A DNA stretch of 64,000 bases, from the NCBI GenBank assembly GCA_964016885.1, contig OZ024741.1, positions 60,884,001-60,948,000 of the forward strand, given 5' to 3'. Shown here in pieces: positions 1 to 22,657 of this stretch (positions are counted from its first letter, which is position 1; each line of letters opens with the position of its first letter). The notes below the pieces were generated by a model. It worked only from the letters and a program-made list of their open reading frames with translations, had not been told where the DNA came from and did not search any database. The translations under genes were made by a program, and so were the position numbers. This DNA is from Eledone cirrhosa (Eukaryota).

Positions 1-1024
1 TGGTTGAAAATTGCACAGGCGCTTTTACTGCGAACGTAATCCAGAAGCCTAGTGTATGACATAAGACAAAGCTGAACCTTTCAATTATTGGTACAATCAA
101 TCAGCCGAATCGAAAAGGAAGCCCATGGTTGCGAAGCAAACTATTTAAACTCTTAGCCATATCTTCGTCCACTACGTGGATATATCTCTTAATATCTAAT
201 ATTGATTTGCACACACTCACCCATGCGCACTCACACACGTACACACACATTCGTACGTATGTAAGCACACATACATATGCACGCTCGCACAGATACGCTT
301 GTAAGTCAGTAAAAGACGGACATACGCTTTATAGATCCATGTAAAAGAAATTAAAATATTAAATAAATAAGTAAATAAACACCGCTAGTATCCATTGATT
401 GCACAGGGAACCTTTATAATTATTGATTAGAAACACTACAAAAAGAGAGTGTTTAATATCGATGTCTTGTAATATTTAAGACAATCGATTTGATCAATCG
501 ATGAATATCCCTTGTCAGTTTCAAAAAAATCAATGCTGGAATTCTGCCAGAAATTTTTCATACGAGGTGTTTATCCTCTGACATCCGAGTCGAAGCTAAT
601 GACATATAATTTGATTTTAGTGCCACAACGAGGCCTGGTATTTATATCTTTTTGTCTATCTTGTCAGTGTGTATATATTTATCTATATATATTTGCGTAT
701 ATATTTATGTGTATATATTTGTGTGTATATATTTGTTTACTACTTTGATTTAATAACCAGTAACATAATCACTCTGCGTTTCTTCATCAAAGCAAAAATC
801 CATCCATTGCCAACAATGAAAATCAAATATAGAAAGCGAATGCTACAAATCCTTAGTGAGAAATTAGTCTAAAGTAAGAAATATTTGGCAAGGAATTATG
901 TATAAACCGATCGATTAAACTTCTATATTGTGCAAATTATGGGAAGGTATAATCGACAGAAATTTAAATGTACTCGTAGACAAGTTGTTTAACATGTTAA
1001 GGCATTTCATAATTGTATACACAT

Positions 1025-1285
1025 GACCGGATGATTAAAAGTCAGCTTCCCAATCTTTAGATTCTAAGTTCGACCTCACTGCGTGTCATGTTGAACAAGT
1101 GTCTTTTACCAGACCCTCTGGTCAACCCATACCTTGTAATATAGTGTGACATGCTGAACCACCCCACTGACACCTAGGTTAAGACTGCATGTGCCTGTGG
1201 GGTGCGTAGCCACTTGCATGTTAAATTGATGAGTAGGCTGTTCTATTAATCAAACAACTGGAATCCTCATTGTCGGTAGAACAAC
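1025..1285 (+). mobile_element. Degenerate tRNA-derived SINE
   Basis: B-box-like AAGTTCGACCTC, CORE-like TTGAACAAGTGTCTT, and a body (GCCACTTGCATGTTAA...AGGCTGTTC...CAACTGGAA) shared with other SINE copies in the window. Confidence 0.55.
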
Positions 1286-1619
1286 TCACACATACTTAGC
1301 GTAATGTGTTATTTAATCAATCGGCGCTAGTGCACGCAGGATAGAACACTCAATGAAGTATACATGTATGTCTGCATTCTCCTAAGTATAGATATAATAA
1401 TGAAGTAGTAGTCAATAGGTTCAGATTTACCTCGTTTATTCATTACACAATCGCACTTATATGTATTTTATTAACTGTTATGTAACAGTTACGACCTCAC
1501 AGACAGTTATTAAGTGAGCAGAAAGTTACATGAATAAATATAACAATAAAAATCAGTCATGTTGTTTCCATTCATTGATATGCCATGGAATGATTATTGA
1601 TATATACATATATATATAA

Positions 1620-2282
1620 ATGGAAAACATGAAATTTCATTTCTCACTCTTAGCACGGCTGATACTTAAATATAAGTATGTATACGTACATACATATATG
1701 TATCAGACGTACAGTAGTATGTATATACATACATACATGCACACACACATATATATGTACGTATGGGTTTACCTAACATTTATTATAATGTTCGGTTTGT
1801 TTGTAAACAAACAGCCCGAATTAAGCCGTACAGTGTTCGGCAACCATCGTTGCCCTTTTGTTCAACACTGACAAAGAAACGATGAACTAGTTTCTAGCTT
1901 CTTAGCTGTCATCAGCACCGTATACCTTCCTGTCAATCGATTGAACGTTTGAAAGTATATACTTTGAAAGTATATACCTTCCTGTCAATCGATTGAACGT
2001 TTGAAAGTATATACTTTCAAACGTTCAATCGATTGACAGGAAGGTATACGGTGCTGATGACAGCTAAGAAGCTAGAAATTAGTTCATCGTTCCTTTGTCA
2101 GTGTTGAACAAAAAGGCAACGATGGTTGCCGAACACTATGCGGCATAATACGGGCTGTTTGTTTATAATAAATGTTCGGTAAACCCATACGTACATTTAT
2201 ATATATGTGCGCATGTATGTATGTATATACATACTACTATACGTCTGTATACATATACGTATGTACGTATACATACTTATAT
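1620..2282. mobile_element. Non-autonomous palindromic element with a minimal hammerhead in each arm (family A)
   Basis: Inverted arms ~1670-2010 and 2011-2282 pivoting on GAAAGTATATACTTTC; HHR at 1879-1921 (-) and 2048-2090 (+); related copy at 40506-41360. Confidence 0.8.
2048..2090 (+). ncRNA. Minimal type I hammerhead ribozyme
   Basis: acggtg-CTGATGA-c-agct-aaga-agct-a-GAAA-ttag-TT-catcgt; stem I acggtg/catcgt; the minus-strand copy has palindromic stem III ACTAGT. Confidence 0.75.
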
Positions 2283-2313
2283 ATATATATATCCATATTA
2301 TATATATATATCC

Positions 2314-2350
<37 letters not shown>

Positions 2351-2371
2351 ATATTATATATATATATATCC

Positions 2372-7545
<5,174 letters not shown>

Positions 7546-7627
7546 TATATATATATACATATTATATATATATATATATATATACATATTATATATATAT
7601 ATATACATATTATATATATATATATAC

Positions 7628-7685
<58 letters not shown>

Positions 7686-7712
7686 ATATACATATTATAT
7701 ATATATATATAC

Positions 7713-8126
<414 letters not shown>

Positions 8127-8214
8127 GGTGGTTTACTGAGGAGGGTACGATAGGGGGTTTACTGAGGATGGTACGAAAATCAGCATTCTATGCTAAGGCA
8201 GAGTGTATATATTG

Positions 8215-8599
8215 AAAACGAGGGATATGTGACGAGAGACTGGGCTATCCGTGTCGAGTGGTATGTCCCTCAGGTGTTCAGCAAAACGGTCCTCCAAACG
8301 GTAGCATGTTAGTCCGATGTATATAGACTCGCAAAGGGAACACCGGCGGGAATAGATTACTTGGGTGGATGTGCAGGTGAAGGGGTGGCGGATACGGAAT
8401 CAACCGTAAGTGCCTAAGCGTTATGAGGTTAGAAATGAATGGACAGGTGTTACAGCCGCCTTCCTTACAAGTCTCCGTCCTTGGCGTTCTATTAAATCAC
8501 GGATCATAGGCTTCACACTGCAGGACTGAGCAGAGCCTGCTGTTCCGCCTTGGGTCCAGATTCCTTAATGCACTCAACTCCCCTCCCCAATTTCTATAA
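8215..8599. pseudogene. Neptune-type PLE GIY-YIG fragment with internal inversion
   Basis: Minus 8472-8215: CKEGGCNTCPF..(frameshift)..FTCTSTQVIY..CSLC..IYIGLT..RFAEH; plus 8522-8599: RTEQSLLFRLGSRFLNALNSPPQFL*. Confidence 0.75.
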
Positions 8600-9194
8600 T
8601 CTACCACACATATGCTCGTGCTTACTTCTCTATCCCTAGCGACAGTCACCCTTGCCGCGTCCGCAGTCACACGCGCACGTATATTCATACCCCAGGTTCC
8701 TATAGTTTTTTTATTGTCAGAAACATACTCTTACACCTTATACAGACCAACAAAAACACACAGAACTTTATACTTACCTTCACAGCTCTGTACGCATACA
8801 CATACATGATGGCTGCCCCCTTGTTATCGAGTATGGCCATTGCACGATATACCATTATTAAAAAATATCAATTAATGCTATTGTGCAATACCTGAGCGTG
8901 AAGATTCTTTTTAAAGTGAGGAAAGTTTGTGCACTGAGCCAATCCCACTCTCTGAGTGACAGTAGCTATAACCCGAAAATAAGAAAGGATCAACATCATC
9001 GGTAACTACTGAGACGCAGGTTTTATATCGGAGTTATCCCAGTTTCATGAGTTGCCTTCTCCTAGAAGAATGCCCTGACATAGGCTAGGAGTCCTTCACT
9101 CCAAGTGGTTTAACCGCGCAATCGTGTATCCAGCCCGATTATTATATGTCCCCGCACATATACATACACATGCATACATGTATATATATATATG

Positions 9195-9356
<162 letters not shown>

Positions 9357-9430
9357 TATACATATATATATAATATACATATATATACATATATATATAA
9401 ACATATATATATATATATACATATATATAC

Positions 9431-9469
<39 letters not shown>

Positions 9470-9482
9470 CATATATATATAC

Positions 9483-9531
<49 letters not shown>

Positions 9532-9553
9532 TATATACATATATATATATATT

Positions 9554-9709
<156 letters not shown>

Positions 9710-9710
9710 C

Positions 9711-10655
<945 letters not shown>

Positions 10656-10719
10656 CACACACATATATATATAGTGAAGAAACATAAGTCAATTGCATGA
10701 ACTCATAATCCTTTATTTA

Positions 10720-10777
10720 CTACTATATATATTTCGATGATAGCCATTGAATGGCTATGACCTCATCAGGCAGTTAG
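10720..10777 (-). ncRNA. Hammerhead ribozyme in a short PLE-type 3'-end fragment (10675-10840)
   Basis: Minus strand: actgc-CTGATGA-ggtc-atagccat-tca-atggctat-catc-GAAA-tata-TA-tagt; stem I imperfect. Confidence 0.65.
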
Positions 10778-10840
10778 TCAGTTCTTAGATATGCCAGCTC
10801 TGTGTTTATAGTAGTGTTGATGTTATCAGAGCCTTGGGCC

Positions 10841-10994
<154 letters not shown>

Positions 10995-10995
10995 G

Positions 10996-11027
<32 letters not shown>

Positions 11028-11122
11028 TACATATATACATATATATATATATACATATATATATACATATATATACATATATACATATATATATATATAC
11101 AATACAATTTATACCTTTCATT

Positions 11123-11192
<70 letters not shown>

Positions 11193-11199
11193 TAGGAAC

Positions 11200-11408
11200 G
11201 ATCGACTTTCGTCAAATCGGACCGAGGGAGCAATGTTTCCGTTGGTCTTTCCAATTGCTAATACTATCTATCGGTCACAACTCCAGGTAGAAGGAGCAAC
11301 GGGAAATAAAGTGTCTTGCTCAAGGACATAACGCATCACCTGGTCCAGGAATCGAACTCACAACCTTACGATTGCGAATCCAATTCTCTAACCACTCAGC
11401 CACACGCC
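11200..11408 (-). mobile_element. tRNA-derived SINE with CORE-like domain
   Basis: Minus: GGCGTGTGGCTGAGTGG (A box), GAGTTCGATTCC (B box), GTCCTTGAGCAAGACACTTTATTTC; same subfamily at ~56140-56298. Confidence 0.8.
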
Positions 11409-11440
11409 TTTATATATATATATATATAGAGAGATGTATG

Positions 11441-13022
<1,582 letters not shown>

Positions 13023-13057
13023 CATATATATATATATACATACATATATATATATAT

Positions 13058-13146
<89 letters not shown>

Positions 13147-13147
13147 C

Positions 13148-13196
<49 letters not shown>

Positions 13197-13215
13197 AATG
13201 AAAGGTATAGATTGT

Positions 13216-13257
<42 letters not shown>

Positions 13258-13262
<5 letters not shown>

Positions 13263-14540
13263 CTACTTGGGGACGGTCATATTTGTGTAATATTGACAGA
13301 ATTAATAACAGAACACACTCACTGTTTGGTTGGTTTTCGCTTCTCGCTGTATTTTATATCTGCGATCTAACTTAATCGGTCCTCAATGTTGCCATTGACT
13401 GACCGACGGTCAAAAATAATACAGATACAATATAGACACAAACACATATATATAGTTTACATAATTTACATAAATCTTTACATAAAATAAAATAAAATAA
13501 AATAAGATAAATAAATACATACACAAGCACAATATCAACAAGCTCATAAACACACACTAGTCACCCAGCAGACACAACACTATACACACTAGTCACACAG
13601 CAAACGTAACACTATACACACACGCAAACGAATGCGCAAAGAAGACAAAATAAAATAAACAAACAAGCAAATAAATAAATAAATATATAGACAGACTGAA
13701 TAAAAGATGGCGTAGACATACAACACAACAGGAGGAAAAAATATAACACCACTGACGATGTTGCAGATGTGCAACGAAAGATTTATGTAAATTATGTAAA
13801 CTATATATATGTAAACTATATATATGTGTTTCAATTCATTATAATAAATTTATAAATTTAGGAATTTATAAATTTCCGGTTGGTTGGTTGGTTCCACAAC
13901 CAGATGGTTGTTTATATATTGTCAAAGTTCTTTCGTCACACATTCTGTGTCCTCTTCAGTGACTGGGGATTCTTTTCTTTGTTTTTGTGCCTCTCCTTTG
14001 TTCTGTCCTACGCCATCTTGTTTTTGTGTGTGTGTTGTGTGCTTAGTTTGTGCATGTGTTACATCCGGGTGTCTGTGTGCGTTTATATTCGTTTAGTTAT
14101 TTGTTTATTTACATGTTACTGGTTGGTTGTTTGTTCTATGTGCGTGTGTGTGTGTTTTCATTTTGTCCTCAATTGTAAGTTGTGATATTGCTGTTCCACT
14201 CATGTTTTCTATTTAATTTTGGTTGTAATTCTTTTATGTTTATTGCCTCTGTGATTTGTCTAAACATTGCATCTTTTCTGTGTGTAGATTCTATTTTTAT
14301 TTCTATGTTCTCTAATTTACCCTTATGTTCTATTTTAGCATGTTGGTAGAGTACAGATGAATCTTTACTATCTTGAAGGTCTCGCCAGTGTTCATTTATC
14401 CGTTCCCCTACACTACGAGCTGTCTCACCTATGTACACTATATTTTTATCTCTACATTGTCGTTCAGTACATCTTATGCTATATACTACATTTCTAGTTT
14501 TACAGTTAATATGGGGGCTTAATTTACAGGTTATACATTT
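13258..14540 (-). mobile_element. PLE 3' fragment (GIY-YIG 14169-14540 plus rearranged 3' region), same family as 33597-35030
   Basis: NCKTRNVVYSIRC..YIGETARSVGERINEH..RQITEAINI..LNRKHEWN; shared terminus ATGACCSTCCCMAAGTAKAACAA; partial HHR core CTGACGAt-gttgca-gatg-tgcaac-GAAA at 13752-13779 (+). Confidence 0.85.
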
Positions 14541-14669
14541 CTGATGTTGTAGACGCTCTTGTATTCTTTATCATATATACGGCTCTGCTCCAAAGCATAG
14601 AGCTAATTATTATGCTGCCAATACCTTAATGGGACACGGGTATACAATACCTAACTCCTATTAACCTAA

Positions 14670-14901
<232 letters not shown>

Positions 14902-14902
14902 G

Positions 14903-15133
<231 letters not shown>

Positions 15134-15344
15134 GTATTTGTATACATATATATACATATATGTATATGTATACATATATATATATCTATGTATATGTATA
15201 CATATATATATATCTATGTATATGTATACATATATATATATATGTAAATATATTTATGTATATATATATATATTATTATTTATATATATATATATTATGT
15301 ATATATATATTATTATTACTATATATATATATATATATATATAT

Positions 15345-15750
15345 TCGCCTGATATAGGGGCTGCCTCCCTTGCTGATCCTCACGTGGAGTCAGCAATAGT
15401 CAGTCCTTGTATTAACATTGAACTAAAACCTGTTGAGAAAGTGGCTTCCTTGTTCAATCATCTTACTAGAAGCCTGACATTATTTATGTAAGCGGACGGT
15501 ACTTGATTTAGGAGCCGCAGAAACACAAATACTGGATTTTACCAACCTTCCAGGGGTCCGGGTAAATTTTCAATACCCTAATTACTTTTGTTTTGGCTAT
15601 GCGAATGTATTGTTTAACCATCGTCTCAGTGTGTTTGGCCCTTAACGTTTGCTATAGCTCTGGTTCATCTGAATCATTGAGCACTTGCCTCACATCATGG
15701 AGGTTGTTTTTCGTTATTTCGTGTGCCGAAATGCGAATCTCGATGATTTA
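15345..15750 (+). mobile_element. Partial copy of ~600-nt HHR retrozyme-like family D
   Basis: Reverse complement aligns to 16676-17110; HHR at 15428-15563. Confidence 0.8.
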
Positions 15751-15756
15751 TGTTTG

Positions 15757-15788
<32 letters not shown>

Positions 15789-16382
15789 TGTATATATATT
15801 ATATTTAGAGTATACACTCAAAGTGTCATTTCTAATTAATTAGCTCAAAGAAAGAAGCATTTCCGAGCCGTGTAATACAAGTTAATATAAATTTATATTA
15901 CTGCTCCCTCGGTTGAGCTAATCTTTAATCCCATATAAACGGCTGTTATTTCTAGCGCCATGAGTATGTGAGAGCTAGTGAGCTGGAAGAACCGAGTGCA
16001 AAACCTCGTGCGTTTGTGCTCGGAAACCAGACCTTCAGAATATTTTCGAGGTGAAGTAACCTAATTTTTCTGGGTACCTATTGATAAGCACAGAAAATTG
16101 ATTATTTCACTTTTATACCATCGTTTGCGAAACATTATTTGGATTTTGAGGTTCAGATTGATCTGCGGAAAAGGTTTGAATTTTGAAATTTAAATTTGTC
16201 TAGGTACCACGGCTATTTACCAATATAAGTTTGTGTATATTGATTTATTATTTTTTAGATCGATACGGGCAGGCTATATTAATTTGAATTAGTTTGTTTC
16301 ATTCTAGCTAACTTTTGTCTTTTACAATACAAACACTTAGGTGTTTATCATATATTAATTTATATTAACTTGTATATATATG

Positions 16383-16421
<39 letters not shown>

Positions 16422-16464
16422 GTATATGTATATATATATGTATATATATATGTATATGTATCTA

Positions 16465-16517
<53 letters not shown>

Positions 16518-16518
16518 G

Positions 16519-16567
<49 letters not shown>

Positions 16568-16590
16568 GTATATATATATATATATGTATA

Positions 16591-16675
<85 letters not shown>

Positions 16676-16679
<4 letters not shown>

Positions 16680-17358
16680 TAGCAACCATCGTATTTCGGC
16701 TTTGGAATTAGCGAAAAACAACTTCCGAGATGTGTGGCAAGCGCTCAATAATTCTGACGAACCTGAGCTACAACATACGTTAAAGGCCAAACACACTGAG
16801 ACAATGGTTAAATCGTCATCTGCAAAGCCATAGAAACGACCAAGTAATTCGGGTCAAACAAGTAAAAAAATATGTGATTGAAAACATTTACCCGGACCCC
16901 TGGATGGTTGGTAAAATCCAGCATTTGCGTTTCTGCGACTCCTAAATAAAGTACTGTCCGCTTAGACAAATAATGTTAGGCTTCTGGTAAGATGTTTGAA
17001 CAAGGAAGTCACTTTCTCAACAGGTTTTAGTTCAAGTGTCAGGCGAAGGAATGACCGTTACCGATACCCACGTGGGGCTCGACAAGGGAGGCAACCCTTA
17101 TTTTTGGCGTATGAAATTCAGTATGTGTATATTATTGCAAAAATGCAAAATATCACAAAACGAATTAAGCTCTCAACAGAATGGTTATGAGTTAACAAAA
17201 GCTATTCATCAGTCAATAGAATCAACTAAAAAAATCAAGAAAATTAACTCGTCAATAGCTATACTCTTGAGATTAATACAAATATAAATTAGCGAGAATC
17301 GTATTTCGGCTTTGGAATTAGCGAAAAACAACTTCCGAGATGTGTGGCAAGCGCTCAA
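16676..17358 (-). mobile_element. Family D, 610-bp monomer plus 73-bp terminal redundancy, in (TA)n
   Basis: 16676-16748 repeated at 17286-17358; HHR at 16890-17025 on the minus strand. Confidence 0.85.
16890..17025 (-). ncRNA. Large type I hammerhead ribozyme, U3-A8 core, GUC cleavage triplet
   Basis: acctg-TTGAGAA-a-gtgacttcct-(~57 nt)-aggagtcgc-a-GAAA-cgcaaatg-ctgga-..-tccag-ggg-TC-cgggt; stem II covaries among three copies. Confidence 0.75.
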
Positions 17359-17700
<342 letters not shown>

Positions 17701-17799
17701 GTATATATATATATATATGTATACATATATATATACATATATATATATATACATATATATATGTATATACATATATATATGTATATACATATATATATG

Positions 17800-18372
17800 T
17801 ATAACAAAGTGCAGGGCAATAAAGATAGACGGTAGTCACGGAATAGGCAGACCTAGAAAAACCTGGGACGAGCTGATAAACTCCGACATCACACACTTAC
17901 ACCTCTCCAAGACAATGTCACTGGACCGAGACCTTTGGCGGTACTCAGTAACAGAGAAGACCCGCCTTACCTAAATATATAGTAAAACCTACTCCAGCCA
18001 GTAGGCATCTCTAACAAAATACACCCCGTCCCACCACCCCCACCCCCACCCGATCCACACCACCCCGTTCTATGTAAAGTTATGTTGGTGCCGCGCCATC
18101 GAGGCCGAAACAAATGAGATCGTGTAGGTGTCACGACAAAAAAACACACAGTCCACGCTGTAATGTGGCCGTGTAGGCAACACGGTAAAAACCTCCCAGA
18201 CCCACACTGTAAATGTGGTTGGTGTTAGGAAGGGCATCCAACTGTAGAAAACCTGCCAGACAGTCCTATGCGAGCAAGACAATCACTCTTGCCTCAAGTG
18301 GGACTACCCCCGTCCAAACCCATGCAAGCGTGGAACACGGACGTTAAACGTTGATGATGATGATGATGATGA
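17800..18372 (+). mobile_element. 5'-truncated RTE LINE 3' end with (GAT)n tail
   Basis: [31 protein letters not shown]; closely matches 26404-26618; ends GGACGTTAAACGTT(GAT)n. Confidence 0.85.
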
Positions 18373-18426
18373 TATATATATATATGTATATATATATATG
18401 TATATATATATATGTTTATATATATA

Positions 18427-18464
<38 letters not shown>

Positions 18465-18469
<5 letters not shown>

Positions 18470-18656
18470 TAAAATAGCAGATTAAAGTTTAAGCAAAGAA
18501 TCGCTGCTTTCACCCTTTAGGGTGAAAGCAGCGATTCTTTGCTTAAACTTTAATCTGTTATTTTAATAAATATTTGCTCTACGGTTCTTATATATTTGAT
18601 GTATATTTATCCTTATCAAGCCCTCTTTGGATTTTAGACTTCAAATTTATTATTAT

Positions 18657-18711
<55 letters not shown>

Positions 18712-19436
18712 TAGTAATAATATTAAATTTGAAGACTAAATCCAAAGAGGGCTCGATAAGGATAAATATATATCAAATATATAAGAACCGTAGAGCAAAT
18801 ATTTATTAAAATAACAGATTAAAGTTTAAGCAAAGAATCGCTGCTTTCACCCTTAACGGGATCTTCTGAAACTAACCTATGGTAAGTTTTTGTGTATGCT
18901 TGTGTATGTACGTTTCTGTTTGCGTGTATGTATTTATTTATTTCTATTACTTCTGTATTGTATTTATTTACTTTGTTCTTAACTCCGTAGCGGAGATTCA
19001 TTCTGTCTCCTAATTAGAATTTAGTCTACGACTTCTGCTATACCATTTACGTGGTTTTGTCTTTGCGTGCTATTGTTCTCCACGCTCCACATATGATGTA
19101 TTATCTTCGTTTTTTTCGTTCATCGCCAGAGAACGTCTCTATGCACCACCTAAGAGAACATTAGTCTACAACCTCTTTTATACCATAAACGTGGTTCTGT
19201 CTTTGCGCGTAATTGTTTTTCACCGCTCCTATTAATGACGTATTATATTCGTTTTTTGCCGTTCTTAGCCAGGGAACGTTTCCACAAACCAAAGTATCGT
19301 CTTCCTCTCTTCCTCCGGTTGCAACGTTTTTTGAAATATCCAGTTCTGCGTTTACAGATTGACTTTGTTAGTTTCAGAAGATCCCGTTAAGGGTGAAAGC
19401 AGCGATTCTTTGCTTAAACTTTAATCTGTTATTTTA

Positions 19437-19443
<7 letters not shown>
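18465..19443. mobile_element. Two adjacent inverted-repeat inserts of HHR family E
   Basis: Palindrome centred at 18516-18519; arms 18800-18876 / 19367-19443; HHR agttt-CAGAAGA-tccc-gttaa-gggt-GAAA-gca..tgc-TT-aaact at 18823-18873 (-), 19370-19420 (+), 35107-35157 (+); internal 140-bp duplication at 19020/19160. Confidence 0.8.
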
Positions 19444-19507
<64 letters not shown>

Positions 19508-20052
19508 TGCATACATATATATATATATACATATTTACACATTTGTGGATGGCCGTTGACTCTTATGAGTTCTTCCACCCTTTGTCAGGTTTTGTTTTTT
19601 GTCCTGCAGGGTGTCCAAAATCACTCTCCTCACCAAGTAAACTTGGTCGGGCTGCCGGTTTAGTCGCCGACGACCCGACCGTGTGACAGTTTCTACTGGG
19701 TTACATGTTACCAGTAGCACTCAAGAGTGACCCGACACATACATACACACGCACACTCACACACACATACACTCTTATACTTAGAAATACATACGCATAT
19801 CTTCTTAGCTTCATACGCATGTATAACAAACACCCACACACACGTATAGTTCTATTAGGAAACTGCTTTTCTCCCTTCAGATAGACCCGCACGATCACCG
19901 CTTTTTAAAACATGATTATCTCACACAATACGCCAGCATCAACAGATTTCCAAGACATGAATGGATCTCTTTCTTATCGGAATATTTTGTATTATTTCCC
20001 CCACTGCCCGTCTTTTTAATGTTTCTATTTCTTTAATTTCTCATTCTATTTT

Positions 20053-20085
20053 CTAATGAAGGAGTAGCATCCGAAACGTTAACCT
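20053..20085 (+). ncRNA. Decayed minimal PLE-type hammerhead
   Basis: CTAATGA-a-gga-gtagca-tcc-GAAA-cg-TT; G5 mutated. Confidence 0.4.
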
Positions 20086-20223
20086 AGTACACTCCATGAA
20101 AATATACCTTAAACATTTACTATTTTCGAGTCTAGCATAGTTTTTGGTATTCCTTCCGGATATCTGCGCTCTGCGATAAAATTATATAAAATTCAACTTT
20201 GCCTTTCATGCATTTCAGTTCCT

Positions 20224-20298
<75 letters not shown>

Positions 20299-21814
20299 AC
20301 ATCGGTAAGACATCGGTTGTCTCTAGACCTGGAATAAGGTGTGCTCCCCAAGGTGTAAAGTGCCCCCAAAACACACTGTATATCGCGATGGCGCCCCTAC
20401 GACTGCATCATGAGTTAGCATTAAATAGATGAACTTGTTAATATATGCTTATAGGAGATTTAAAATAATCGGGCAAAACACTGAGCCACGTTGAACATAA
20501 CGCGTGCATAACTATCAACATTTCACAATCTTTATTCAAATTTAATATACATAATTGGTGTGTGTATGTGTGTAAGGGTGTGTCTGTGTATGAATGAGAA
20601 ACGGAAAGAGTGTGCGTCTGTGTGTATGAATGATGAGATGGTGTATGAAAGAGTATGCGTTAGTGTGTATAAAAGAGAACCAGAATGTGTTTGTGTATGA
20701 AAAACTGAGAGAGTGTGTGTCTGTGCGAATGTGTGCGTGTATGAGTGTGAAAGTTAGAAACCGTGTGTGTGTCTTTGCGTGTATGTCTATAAAAGAGTGA
20801 GGGGAATGTGTGTATATGTGTATGTATGCGTATAAAAGAGACAATGCGTGTATGCATATCTCTATGAAAGTGATATAGACAGTGGGTGTGTGTGTGTATA
20901 AAATATACCGTTTATGTGCGTGTATGTGTATGAAAGAGGCAGAGACAAAGAGAAATAGAGAGATTTTCGATGAAAATTAACGATTGGTGAATAAAATTTG
21001 AGATAAAATGAAGTATGAACGCAACAAGTTTTCATCTGAAGTAGATAGAATCATAGGTGGAGATATCTAATGAAAACTGTTAATGTGGGAAATTCCTGCA
21101 GGCAGTATTAGATTTTATCATGTTCGTTAATTGGAACAAGAAGAAATATGTAATATCTCAGCCATCGGCAAAAATAATTTAGTTTTCATTGATTAATTTT
21201 TAGCTCGTGTAGTTAGTCAAACACGCACATGAAAATGTGAATCGATTATTTTCCATTAAAAATGGGTATAATGCATGAATAAATATATTCTGTATCTAAA
21301 GCCTGAAAAAAGTAAAGCTTAAAAATCAACAACAAAATAAGATGGCGGGCAGTTAACTTAGTAGAAAATTGACAATTTCGTATATGATACTGAAGCCCTA
21401 TGTATGCAATACTTATTTATCAGCAAATATAAGTTTATTTAACTCTTAACGTCCTGTCGCACATAAAACAGCGTTAGCAAGACTTTTTTGGAAAATACAA
21501 AGCAGCACGATGACAACATCACATTAAGAATTTATATCTTAACCACTAATGTTGCAACTATTCACATAGATCTGTCAAGTAGTAAAGATACTACAGGGAT
21601 ATGAAATAACAAACCTATTTTAGATGTTTTCTATTAAATATTTAATGGATGTTAAGAATTAAAAATTAGTGTTCAATTTACTTTAAATTTTCACAATCTC
21701 TCCACCTGTAAATTAATATAAACATTTGAATAACAAACCCCTTTTCAGATATTTCCTGCTAAATATTTACAGGGTGTTAAGAGTTCGTGTGCTTTATCTA
21801 GTTGGTGGATTTTC

Positions 21815-22110
21815 GTCAGTTCTGACTTCGAGTGTGCCAGTTGTTTGATTTAACCAACACAGCAGCCTGCTCATGGAATTAGCTTGCTCATCAATCTACA
21901 GACACGTGTACATAGTTCTCAGGGAGGTTCAGCATGACTCAGTGTATGATAGAGCTGGTCGCTTGAATCAAAGATGCTGCACATTATATTTATAGCAAAG
22001 AGGACTGTAGCAACATGAAATGAAGTGTCTTACTCAAGGGAACAACGCAGCGCTAGGAGTCGAACTCATAACTTTACAATCTCGACCCGAACACTTTAAG
22101 TTCTAAGCCT
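21815..22110 (-). mobile_element. tRNA-derived SINE
   Basis: Plus strand shows TGAAGTGTCTTACTCAAGGG..AGGAGTCGAACTC (reverse of CORE-like domain and B box) and the shared body. Confidence 0.7.
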
Positions 22111-22151
22111 TAGAAAGGTGCGCTAACTTTACACATACACGCAAGCGCACC

Positions 22152-22200
<49 letters not shown>

Positions 22201-22447
22201 TACATATACATATATTTTTATATATGCATATTTCATTTATATATACATATATTATATATATATATATACATATATTTTATATATATATGTATATATATAC
22301 AATATATATATATATATATAATATATATAATATATGTATATATATATAATATATATATATATTATATATAATATATGTATATATATATATATAATATATA
22401 TATATATTATATATATTATATATGTATATATATATATATATATATAA

Positions 22448-22527
<80 letters not shown>

Positions 22528-22587
22528 GTATATATATATATATAATATATATATATATATAATATATATATATATATAATATATATA

Positions 22588-22657
<70 letters not shown>

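Noticed and set aside
11330-11408. tRNA gene
   Set aside because: It is a SINE head: A and B boxes run into a CORE-like domain, there are many diverged copies, and there is no complete acceptor stem.
16754-16812. Second, opposite-polarity hammerhead in family D (CTGACGA..CAAA), which would suggest a viroid-like replicon
   Set aside because: G12 is missing and the core is not conserved in the other two copies.
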